From IMG/VR virus record IMGVR_UViG_3300021387_000118, positions 13,168 through 77,167 of that record: 64,000 nucleotides of DNA; one strand, 5' to 3'. Source of the DNA: a virus. Under the pieces are notes generated by a model. That model did no database searches and was not told where the DNA came from. It was given only the letters and a program-made list of their open reading frames with translations. Numbering within the stretch: position 1 is the stretch's first letter; each line of letters opens with the position of its first letter. The position numbers were made by a program, and so were the translations under genes. Positions 22,763 to 33,114 of the stretch are shown here, piece by piece.

Positions 22763-23566
22763 TTATGATCCGCTCGATGTCGTTGATGTAATTGTATCAA
22801 TTTCAGAGTTAGTAATAGCAACCATATCAGTAGTAAGCATATAGCCAGAAAGATCTACGTCAGTAGTTCCAATCTTTTCATATCCACTACCAGTCCAGAT
22901 ATATTCATCATATATATTAGGAGCAGTTCCGTTATTAGCTAAAAGATAAATAGTGCCAGTTTCTCCAGTTGCCGGAAGACTCTGGACAACTTCGTAGCTA
23001 ATTCCAGTAACTCCATCAAGTGCTTCATTAATTTTTCTAGTAACATCAGCGGCAGTTTGGTAACCCGCAGCATTAATAGCATCAACACCATCCTGGGCAG
23101 CTTCAGCAGCAGCAAGAGCGCCATAAACTGTCGGAGTGTCGGCAGTATCACCAATTCCACCAAGTACAGAGGCGGCAGATCCAGCCCTATCATAAGCATT
23201 GGAATTTGTATAAGCGGCAGAACCAAGTCCCGCAACACTTACATCTTCGCCGTTAATAGCAATCGCACCATCTGTAGTTCCAGTTTCAGCAATAATATTG
23301 ACCGCTTTATTTGCAACTGGAAGAGCGGCACCATTTACCTTAACCGTCTCAATAACATTAGGCTCACCACCAGTAGTAACAATTTCATCAAGCCTATCTT
23401 CAATGTCATCAACTTTAGTTTTGTATTGTCCATACTAGCTGTCTTTAACAGTATAATCATCATTTACCAGATCGGATTGCTTAGTCGGCACAACAGATCC
23501 AACGTATTGTTTTATTTTTTGCCATACATATAACAATCCATTCTCATCTAAATATTTTCTAGCCAT
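22763..23566 (-). CDS. Fiber/structural protein, member of a three-gene paralog family (N-terminal MARKYLDENGLLYVW, C-terminal GTIYLL..DEYIW..YEKIGTTDVDLSGY)
   Basis: RBS AAAGGAGGGGAAAT before the ATG at 23566. One in-frame TAG. TAA at 22763. The central part is Ala/Gly-rich. Confidence 0.55.
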
Positions 23567-23585
23567 ATTTCCCCTCCTTTCACAA

Positions 23586-24155
23586 TTAGGTCAATAATTC
23601 TTCAATTTCAAAATTTGTTAACGCTCTATCATTGCGTAAATAATCTATGCTTAAATCTCTGTCTCCGATTAATGTAGTACCATCAATTTTTGGTTTATTA
23701 ATTAATTTCTCATAATCATTAGTATATTTATTAAGGTCAATCAATACTGTCCAGAGACTCTGTGTTTCATATTTATATTCAATAATTCCATCATTATTCC
23801 GAATCTCCATTTTATCACCGTGAAGACTCGCAATCCATTCTTCTTCAGTACCCTCATAATCTGTGTAGATAACTGCAATTTCATAAGCACTTAAACCGCG
23901 AAGAGTAGCGTTGGAAAGTTTACCAGTCATATCAATGACTTTTGATAAACTTCCCGACAACTTCCTCTTCTCAGGAGATATTGCTCCTGTTAAATTTTGC
24001 GGACTTGATAAAAGTCCAGATAGTGCTTGTAGTGGAGTTACCGTTGAGCCAGAAAGGTCAATTGTACCATTGGTAATTTGTCCTGTTAATGAAGATACTG
24101 GATGGAGGGTGCCAGTTAGTTGACCTAATCCAGAAAGAGTTCCGGTAAGTTCCAT
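23586..24155 (-). CDS. Tail-fiber-like protein with LSAYEIAV..GYEGTEEEWIASLHG motif
   Basis: RBS GGGAGGTG before the ATG at 24155. No in-frame TAG. TAA at 23586. N-terminal LTGTL-type repeats. Confidence 0.5.
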   Translation of the reverse strand: MELTGTLSGLGQLTGTLHPVSSLTGQITNGTIDLSGSTVTPLQALSGLLSSPQNLTGAISPEKRKLSGSLSKVIDMTGKLSNATLRGLSAYEIAVIYTDYEGTEEEWIASLHGDKMEIRNNDGIIEYKYETQSLWTVLIDLNKYTNDYEKLINKPKIDGTTLIGDRDLSIDYLRNDRALTNFEIEELLT

Positions 24156-24172
24156 AGCAAAACACCTCCCGA

Positions 24173-24511
24173 TCACGAAACTTCTTCAGTTAGTTTTAGC
24201 TTACCGCTAATTATTGTGTCTACAATTTGATCTCCATAGGTTAATTGTATATCAAATACATATGTTTCTGGTTGAGCAAGATTTTTAGTATCTTCAGAAT
24301 CTACTCTAAGAATCATGGTATCAATTGGAATATTTTTCTCAATTAATATTTTTTTATCATTATAATCTTTTTTCAGAGCAAATCTAAGAGTATCGGTTTC
24401 TTCGGGAACATATTCATTTCCATCAGAATCTGTAATATTGATTTTTGTTATAAGAGTATCTGCACGGGTCATTAAAATCATATTTTTATCGGATCTAATT
24501 TTTACCGACAT
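24173..24511 (-). CDS. Hypothetical structural protein
   Basis: RBS GGAGGTGA before the ATG at 24511. TGA at 24173. 112 aa. Confidence 0.45.
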   Translation of the reverse strand: MSVKIRSDKNMILMTRADTLITKINITDSDGNEYVPEETDTLRFALKKDYNDKKILIEKNIPIDTMILRVDSEDTKNLAQPETYVFDIQLTYGDQIVDTIISGKLKLTEEVS

Positions 24512-24540
24512 ATAACTCACCTCCATTTAAGTTATTTTAT

Positions 24541-24879
24541 TTATCCCTCGGTCGGCGTTTCCTCTTCGGGTGTAGTTTCCTCTTCAGGAGTTGGCTCCTC
24601 TTCAGGAGTTGTCTCCTCTTCAGGAGTAGGTTCTACCTCCGGCTCTGGGATCTCATGGTAGTAGCACTGGTTCATAACCGCACGACCATCAGAGGTCAGA
24701 AGAGTAGCAGAGTGCTGTGGAAGTTCACTAACAGCAGCTGCCGCAAGAACCTCGTGATACTTGCTTTCAGCTTTAAGACGAGCCTTTGTTGCATCCTCAT
24801 CAAATGCGAAGTGGACAATATGCCCGTATTCCATACTAGGATAGTACTATTGCAGTTCAATAATATAATATTGTGTCAT
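24541..24879 (-). CDS. Hypothetical protein with C-terminal TPEEE(T/P) tandem repeat; one TAG
   Basis: RBS AAAGGAGGAAAC before the ATG at 24879. An 18-bp DNA repeat (CCTCTTCAGGAGTTGG-like) at 24550-24620 encodes PE-rich repeats. TAA at 24541. Confidence 0.45.
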
Positions 24880-24892
24880 AATGTTTCCTCCT

Positions 24893-25462
24893 TTAAATAA
24901 TAAAATCATTTCTAGAAGACACATAAAATGTCTTACTAATAGCGTCATACATTCCAATTTTCTAATCAGATTTCCGCCTACACGGAATTAAATACATTTT
25001 ATATTTCCCACTATTTTTAATCCAAAATTCGGCGATACTGCCAGTGTATCTAGCAGACCAGTTCCGCCTTTCTGCTATCCATAAATCTAATCCCGTCGTT
25101 CCATCCAATGGTGCCTCATATGGTACTGTTAATGTGTGTCCGTCTATGCTTAAAGCACCACTGCTGTTAATATCTAGATCATACCAGGCATCAGTCGCTA
25201 ATCCAAAATTGGCTGATCCTGTTGCGCTTGAAAAGTATTTAAAATACCATCCTGTCTAAGAAAAACCACTTATTAATACTAATTGATAAGTACCAACACC
25301 AGCAGAAAATAGGGTTCCGTTTTGTCCCTTATATCTTACGTGGATCTCATCATTCTGTTCTGGAAAATAAGTAGTTCTTAAAGACTAGTTTCCATCAGCA
25401 GTTATATAAGGAACCTTTTCATAAGCAGACGGAAGACTCAGTTCATCTTCTAATGTCGCCAT
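24893..25462 (-). CDS. Hypothetical structural protein (three in-frame TAGs)
   Basis: The frame is continuous from the ATG at about 25462 to TAA at 24893-24895, overlapping the next RBS. About 190 aa. Confidence 0.4.
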
Positions 25463-25485
25463 CATTATCCTATGTCTCAGTTCCA

Positions 25486-25899
25486 TCAAACTGACCATGC
25501 CATCACCACCCCATATACACCATCAAGAATATTAATCTCATAAATTGTATTCGTTGCAAGTGCTGTCGGATCAAACGAACTTGGAAACTTAACAGTTGAT
25601 GGTACAGTTAAAACCGCAACTGTACTTCCGCTTGTAAACCGCACATCGCAAATGCCACTTGCACATGGCGTAAAGTTAAGAGACGTAACCTCGCCACAAA
25701 CATACATGTGATTACTCTAAGCGGTTATTGCAGGAGTAGCACCAGTAATGTTCTCTATAATTGGAGCGGAGAGATTAGCAATATCTTGCTTATCAGTAGC
25801 AGTAAGAGTGTAAGTGTCTCCTTTATCACCTTTATCTCCTTTAATTGCGGGAATGTTTATCCATTGATTATTACTATCTTTAATTTTTAAAACGCTCAA
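25486..25899 (-). CDS. Small structural protein with GDKGDKGD collagen-like triplets (TTG start)
   Basis: RBS GGAGGTGA with a 6-nt spacer to the TTG at 25899. Fragments 25717-25899 and 25486-25707 are joined by TAG. TGA at 25486. Confidence 0.45.
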
Positions 25900-28800
25900 T
25901 AGTTGTCACCTCCAAATCGTTTAAAAAACAGAATAGCTTCGTAAAATGGTATTGACGTTGTAACCGTATTGCCATCAATATCTGTATCTGAAACACTTCC
26001 ACCATTCCATCCACCGACGTGACCACCAGTTGTAAAAGAACGAAGCCATGCTTGACCTCCACCATTCTTTATCATGTTAACCATAAACAGAGAATATCGA
26101 TAATATACAGTAGAGTCATCCATACAGTGCCAAATCTTAATCGGCACCGGATAAATCTTTTGCATAGAATTGTAGGCAGCGGCCTCTGCTTCGTTTCCAT
26201 AGTTTGCGTTAGCAGTGTCGTGATCACCTATTGTACGAATTAATAAATTGTCAAACCCTTTTATTTTGTCTATATTTTGTAAGAAATATTCTTGTGAAGG
26301 TGTAGTTGTTTTCCAATCTGGAAAGTTCCAATGCCCCGCTATTGATATCCTCTGATTATCACCACCCCATGAACCCAGATAATCCTGTTTATAAACAGAA
26401 AGTGCAGGGCAAAAGAGTGCGTTGGCAATTACTGGAATAATGTTTGTCTGTGTAATTAATGCGGCAGCACCGCCACCCATAGATATTCCAGTGACAAATA
26501 CACGTTCTTCCAAATTATACTTTTTCATAACATATTTGTAGCCGCTTAAGTAAGACTATAACAGATATTTGCTACAATAATGCAGATTCGTATATGGAAC
26601 ATCTCTTGCAACCGTCCATGCCGCTGATATCCCATTCATATCCATGACGGCATAGCCTTTTGCAAGAAAGTATTCCCACCCCTAGAGTGTTAATGGGTTA
26701 GTATTTGCTCCAATTCTGTCGGCAGAGCCTCCGCAAGCAATGATTAATTTTGTTGGCGTTCCAGTTGCCGAATAATTTGTCGGTAATGCTATAACACCAT
26801 AATCTGTGTATAGAGATTCTCCATCATTTGCGTCTTCAGTGTAATCGGAATAATTTACTGAGACGGAGAAATTATGATAACCAGACTCTGGCCTTTTATC
26901 TTTTACAGTTATGATGCTATCCGAAAGCTTACCATATAGATCAACTTCCCACTAGATAGAAAACATGAAGTAGATAGTTGATGAGGCTTTTGTAAACGTT
27001 ATCGTATCACCGACGTTTACGTTTGTTTGGCTTGATGACCATAAGCTACCATCTGTACAAAAAGTGCTATCACCAGGCGCATTAGCCCCAACCCATGAAG
27101 CTCTACAGTTTGTCGCTATTCTAAGATTCTCACTTGCTAATAGGTCAATATCAAATACGTTCCATTCATTGGTTACACAAGAAACATCTTTTTTGTAAAC
27201 AACAACATTTTCATCATTTATAAAAAGAATAGAACCCGTATTAGCTACGTTTGTACTAATCTTAACGGTTTTAATAACCGAGCCTTTTGATATAACCCTA
27301 TCTGACAAATAGTATAAACTCTGTCCAGTATTCCAGTTTGTAGGAAGTTCGCTTTGGATATTTGGGACTGATTCCGTTCCAATTTTGACACTTGTCTCAT
27401 TGACAATGTACTGCCGAGTTTCATTAATATTGGTTTCTAATGCATCTATTTTCTATTTCAAAGGATAATACTTAAACACATTGAAGTTAGTAAATGTGAA
27501 TGTATCACCAACAGAATTTGCATAATTATCTGAAGCATAAATACTGATCTGATTTACATCATTTTCAAAAACAATGCTATTCTTAATATTAGGTCCACGT
27601 TTAAGATTTAGTAATGTTATACCAGATGTAGTATAAGAAAATACAACAGTGCATATTGTAGCATCCGTATCTGTACTTTCAATATTATCAACGGTTATAA
27701 TATATTCTCCGGCGGGAATATCAACGTTGACCTATGTTCCCAATATTCCAGTGTATGTGTCGCTTAATACAGTACGATATTTAACATTTTCAATATTATT
27801 TAAACGACTGGTTAAGTCAGCTATTCCCTATGTATCAGTGTCTGGATCTCCAGAAGTATCTATCCAGACATTCTCATTGCCTGTTGGAGCTGTTTCTCCG
27901 ACATATACACCAGATTCACCACGAGGAATGCCAAGGTTTAATTCCATAGCATCATACTCACCTGTAATACTGGCAGTAGCATCTGAACCTGTGGGAAGAG
28001 TAGTAACAGTACCAACACTCATTGCAAAGTCATCTTTGTTAGCTTTTAAGTTCATCTCATCCACAACAGTTACTTCCACCGCATCCGTTCCATCAAAAGC
28101 ACCAGTAGCATGATCAGCTGTGAACCTATACAACTTCCCGCCGTTCATCACATAGTCTCCCTCCACATACGAATTACTCGCATCAAACTCATCCGCAATC
28201 ATAGCTTCAACATCTTCTAATGCTGTGTCGGTATATCCTTTTGTTGCCACATCCATTGCATTTGTAGGATCAGCGCCAACTGTTAATTTTCCGGCAAGAA
28301 CTTCATTGCCAGACCAATCGAGAGTACGAGCATTGGAACGAGCATTAATAGATCCATTGCCAACGATTTCAACATAGTTTGAACGCCTTTGGGAGTTAAA
28401 AGGATTTGATTCTATATTATATTCTCCAAATACATGTTCAGATAAACCTCTTGCTATAGTACCGCTACCTTCTGCATGAGAACAATTCCCTGTGGCAGTT
28501 GTACCACCACCCTCTGCATGAGAGCACTCACCCTGTGCTATAGTACCTCCACCTTCTGCGTGAGATGCTGCTGCTTGTGCTTGACTACCCTATCCCTCTG
28601 AATGAGAACCTATGCCACGAGCGGTGGTTCCACTTCCCTCTGCATGAGCACCATTACCAATAGCTTGAGTACCTAAACCTTCTGAATGAGCGCCTTGTGC
28701 TTTGGCTTGTGTGCTACCACCTTCTGCATGTGCAGATGTTTCAGTAGCTTTACTACCAACCCCCTCCGCATGTGAATTCTAACCGGAAGCCCCGGTATAA

Positions 28801-29117
28801 TTTCCCTCTGCATGTGAATTCTAACCGGAAGCCTCAGTATAATTCCCCTCTGCATGAGAATTCTAACCAGTCGCCCCAGAATGAAATCCTTCCGCATGAG
28901 AATACTCGCCGAGAGCACCAGTAGCAAACCCTTCCGCATGTGAATAATTGCCAGACGCTACATTGGCATTAATCTCAGAAATTTTCCCCTCAATTACAGC
29001 GCCGTCACCAGTCCCTTTTTTTATCCTATCCGAAAAATCAAAACTACGTGTAAAATCATATATATAAGTTTTAACCCTCTAAAGAGATGTCTTTAGTTGG
29101 TCTAATGTAATGACCAA
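25896..29117 (-). CDS. Tail fiber/tailspike (~1070 aa): N-terminal Hep_Hag-like SHAEG repeats, central domains, C-terminal alpha/beta-hydrolase (esterase; GxSxG = GISMGG)
   Basis: TTG start about 29117 after RBS GAGGTGA. At least 14 (N/Y)SHAEG..A(S/T)G repeats including 39-bp DNA tandem repeats at 28780-28900. The ARTLDWSGN motif is present. Fragments 27828-28256, 26952-27308 and 25896-26528 share one frame joined by TAGs. The C-terminus has LIIACGGSADRIG and GISMGGGAAA as in serine esterases. TGA at 25896. Confidence 0.65.
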
Positions 29118-29165
29118 AATAATCACCTCATTTCTATATAAATATTAATAAATTACAAACCATAA

Positions 29166-30737
29166 TTATTGTGTTGATGGCAATAAGGCAATTAACTGTT
29201 TAAGTATTTCTGGAGTTAATGTAACTTCATTTGCGGTTCCCATGCCAAGCGTGATGCTGCCGGAAAGAGATTCGTTTCCACTCCAGTCAAGCGTTCTGGC
29301 GTTGGAGCGAGCGCTATCACTAGTGCCGTTACCTACTATTTCTGCATAATTTCCACGAGCTGTTTCTGCAGCGGTGGAATTATCAAGAATATTATATTCA
29401 CCAAAAACATGCTGAGATCTATGATTTGCAGTTGTAAATGATCCATCCGCATGAGAATATAATCCGCTTGCAGTTGTTCCACAACCTTCAGCATGAGAAT
29501 TTCCACCGCTTGCAGTTGTTCCACCACCTTCAGCATGAGAATTTCCACCAATCGCTAAATTATTTGTTCCTTCACTATGAGAGCCTTGCCCATAGGCTCC
29601 TGCGGTATTATATATGACAGAATTAATAGTTTTTGATTTAAAGTTACTGGACTATCCCTCTGCATGAGAATAACTACCATTAGCTTTAGTACTACCACCC
29701 TCAGCATGTGATCCTATGGCACTAGCAGTTGTTCCGCTACCCTCTGCATGAGAATAATTATTAGATGCAGTTGTATCAGACCCCTCAGCATGAGAATAAC
29801 TACCAGATGCGGTTGTGCCAGACCCCTCAGCATGAGAATAATTACCATTAGCTTTAGTACCACCACCCTCTGCATGAGAAGAACTACCAGATGCGGTTGT
29901 ACCATTACCCTCTGCATGTGCGTTAATTGTGGTTGCTTTACTTCCATTTCCTTCAGCATGAGAATAATCAGCACTAGCTGTTGTTCCTGCGCCTTCAGCA
30001 TGAGAATATATCCCGATTGCCTTGGTACCAGAACCCTCTGCGTGAGAATAGTTTCCGCTTGCCTCAGTGTCGGTGCCCTCTGCATGAGAATTGTCTCCGG
30101 ACGCTACAGTACCATTACCCTCTGCATGGCTTGCTTTTCCTGATGCTATTGTATTTCTACCTTCGCTATGCGCGGCCTATCCATACGCACCCGCTTGATT
30201 ATACGTTTTATTGTTTATTTTTTTTGAAAAAGAACCATTTGTTTCACCCTCAGCATGGGAGCAACCACCAGATGCTTGGATATAATACCCTTCGGCATGA
30301 GCTTCGCTGCCACTAGCGGTGGTAGAAGCTCCTTCTGCGTGAGAAGCAGTTCCTGTTGCGTTAGTGCGGTTACCTTCTGCGTGTGCCCAATCTGTTGTAG
30401 CCTTGCTACCGAAACCTTCAGCGTGAGAGTGGTTTCCAGAAGCTATAGTTTGGCAACCCTCTGCATGAGACTGGTATCCAGACGCTTTGTTCGCTTTAGT
30501 ATAGTCATCTCTATCAGTTATTTGACCTTCGATTATTGCCCCCTCACCTTCTCCTTTCGCCATCCGGTCAGAAAGATCAAAGCTAGGCGCTGCATCAATA
30601 CTATCAGCCAAATCACTAAGATCAGTTTGCAACTACGATATATTAGCATCATTAGCAGCTATACCATCTTCAATATTATTTATCTTAACAGCAGTGATGA
30701 CATCTCCATCACTCCAAGTATTTTTTATGTAACTCAT
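29166..30737 (-). CDS. Shorter Hep_Hag/SHAEG-repeat tail fiber paralog (~520 aa)
   Basis: RBS AAAGGAGGAATGAT before the ATG at 30737. The N-terminus ..LADSIDAAPSFDLSDRMAKGEGEGAIIEGQIT parallels the upstream-gene paralog. SHAEG repeats. The C-terminus ...SNARTLDWSGNESLSGSITLG..TQ ends at TAA about 29166. Confidence 0.6.
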
Positions 30738-30750
30738 ATCATTCCTCCTT

Positions 30751-31140
30751 TCATGCAAATACCTAAGTCAGCATTGTATCTACCGCAGAATCCGCAGCAA
30801 TATCTGACTCGGTTAAGTATCCAGTAAGATTTACTCTTGTATCTCCAATTTTTTCAAACTTATCTCCAGTATAAATAAATTCAAAATAAACATTTGTAGT
30901 ATCTAATATGGTACCAGTACCAACAGCAGCAGTTCCAATTGTTGAATTATCAATAGACTTCGGCACAAGATATATCACACCAAGTTCACCCTCAAGTGTT
31001 GGAATATAAGTAGTGGTATCATATTCACCAGTTTGACAGACATAATATCTAGTGCTAGAGAAGTTTTCTAATGCCGATGAAATTATTGATTTAACGCCAT
31101 TATGATATCTCTATAATCCTTCATAAGTTAAATAAGCCAT
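30751..31140 (-). CDS. Small fiber-family paralog (C-terminal GVIYLVPK..FEFIYTGDKFEKIGDTRVNLTGY domain)
   Basis: RBS GGGGGTGG before the ATG at 31140. Two in-frame TAGs. TGA at 30751. Confidence 0.5.
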
Positions 31141-31154
31141 ATAGCCACCCCCAA

Positions 31155-31712
31155 TCAGGACGCAAGGATGGTATCAATTTGAGCATTACTAATAATATCG
31201 GTAATCTCTACGTATCCACTCAAATCGATATCTGTATGACCTAATTTTTCAAACACAGTATCGATCCAAATGTATTCATCAAATCCATCATTAGTACCAT
31301 GAGGATCTGTGACTAAATAAATAATACCCTTCTCACCAGTTTGAGGAAGTTCATTGACCTTTTGGAAATCAAATCCAGTAATTGTATCTAACGCTGCCGC
31401 GATAGCAGTAGCAACATCATCTCCAGTTTGATAATCAGCACCATTAATCAGCTAATTATTATTTGTCGGAACACTAATATTTACTGCCTTAGAGTCAATA
31501 GCCTACGTAACGTTATTGACTTTAATGCTCTCAATAATATTTACCTAAGAACCAGATTCAATATTATTGAGTTTATTTTTTTCTGTATCAGAATAATCAT
31601 TTGTACTCAAACCTTTTCCGGTTTCCTTATCAACTTTATTAGCTAATAAATTCTTAATGGCAGTATAAAAGTACAAAAGACCATCTTCCGATAAAAAACG
31701 AGGTTTAGCCAT
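31155..31712 (-). CDS. Fiber-family paralog (N-terminal MAKPRFLSEDGLLYFYTAIK; C-terminal GIIYLVTDP..DEYIWID..FEKLGHTDIDLSGY)
   Basis: RBS AAAGGAGTGA before the ATG at about 31712. Three in-frame TAGs. TGA at 31155. Confidence 0.5.
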
Positions 31713-31728
31713 TATTAATCACTCCTTT

Positions 31729-31989
31729 CATTGATTTAAAATTTCTAAAATTTCCAGATTAGTCATAGCATCATTAGGAGTCATCACATAATCAGAAAAT
31801 TCACCTTTTATTTCCACATCGTCAATTGTCGGCAATTTCTCAAGCATTTCATAATCCAATACTTGATAAATCACCTAATCTGGCTTCGTTATATTGCCAG
31901 TTATGCTTTTCATATTATTTACAGCGCCAGTTACAGACGTTAAATTATTAATAGTGGCAGAGAGTCCAGATATAAATGTCATACTCATA
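31729..31989 (-). CDS. Small hypothetical protein (~86 aa, one TAG)
   Basis: RBS AGAAGGAGGAG before the ATG at 31989. The TGA overlaps the next RBS. Confidence 0.4.
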
Positions 31990-32003
31990 ATATCTCCTCC
32001 TTC

Positions 32004-32360
32004 TATTATTCAATTAACGTAATCTCTGGCAAGATGTTAAATTTGCTAAGATTAACAAAAGTATAAATATCACCATTCTCATACTCTACCTATGCATCCC
32101 AAAAATATGTTCCAGTATCAAGATCCGCAGTATCCTCTGGCTTTATATGCCAGACGATCATGGTACTATCGTTATAATCGCGCAAAATATCCCCATCAAA
32201 CGCAAGATCTTCGTCGGGATTTTGGCGCACCTGGCAACGTATGACATCTTTTGCAGACAACTACGCTTCCTAGCCGTTTACCTTAATGCGGAACTAGATG
32301 TAAGCAGAATCGCCTCGTGTGATAGATATGTTACTATTATCTATTTTTAGCATAAATATC
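32004..32360 (-). CDS. Hypothetical protein (~118 aa, four in-frame TAGs)
   Basis: ATG at about 32360 (MLKIDNSNISITRGDSAYI...). The frame is continuous to TAA at about 32004. Confidence 0.35.
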
Positions 32361-32407
32361 TCACCTACCTTTATTAAATAGTAGGGCGGTAGTTAACCGC
32401 CCCATTA

Positions 32408-33096
32408 ATAAGTTACTCAGGAATTTCAATTCCATAATAAATAGCACCAATGTCAGTGACAGTTTGTAACGTCATAACATAGTGCTTTAATTTATTGAAG
32501 TATACTCTATGATATTCTTTGTTTTTCTATAGCTTATCATATATTTCAAATAAATCGCCGAGATTATATTCGCTATATGGTTCACCATCAGCATGGTAAA
32601 GTTTCTTTTCACCAGTTGCTACCCAAGGTTGAATACTTTGTAATTCAAGTTGATCCTCAATGGTGAAAGAGTAGTGTTTACCATTAATGTCTAAACCATC
32701 TTCAATAGCTTTCTTACATTCGGCACTGAGTTCTTTTATTTTCATATCACGAACAAACTCAAGATCAACATCGGTCACATCTTCTTTAATCGGCTCTTTC
32801 TTTTCCTCAATCTGCGGTTGAATAGTTTCCTGAACTTCAAGGGCAGAAGAGTAAGCATTGTATTCTTCTTCACTGATTTCAACAACAGATGCTTCTATTA
32901 ATTCGACAGGAATTTCCTGTGATAATGGTAACATCCAAACCGAGTCTCTGTAATACAGATCGCCGATTTGGATAAATTGTACATTATCAGGTTTTGTGAA
33001 AAGAATAATCTGATGCTTTAATTGATACATCCTAAAATCTTGAGTTGTTCCAACTCCGACAATAACATCGTTTTTCTAAATCTTATAATATCTCAT
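32408..33096 (-). CDS. Hypothetical protein (~229 aa)
   Basis: RBS GGGGGTGA before the ATG at 33096. Contains fragment 32527-33030. TAGs are read through to TAA at about 32408. Confidence 0.45.
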
Positions 33097-33114
33097 TCAA
33101 TTCACCCCCTGTTA

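Noticed and set aside
28780-28900. Short tandem DNA repeats (39-bp units in the SHAEG fiber; 18-bp units at 24550-24620)
   Set aside because: These are in-frame coding repeats inside genes, so they were not called as a CRISPR array. No CRISPR arrays were identified anywhere in the window.
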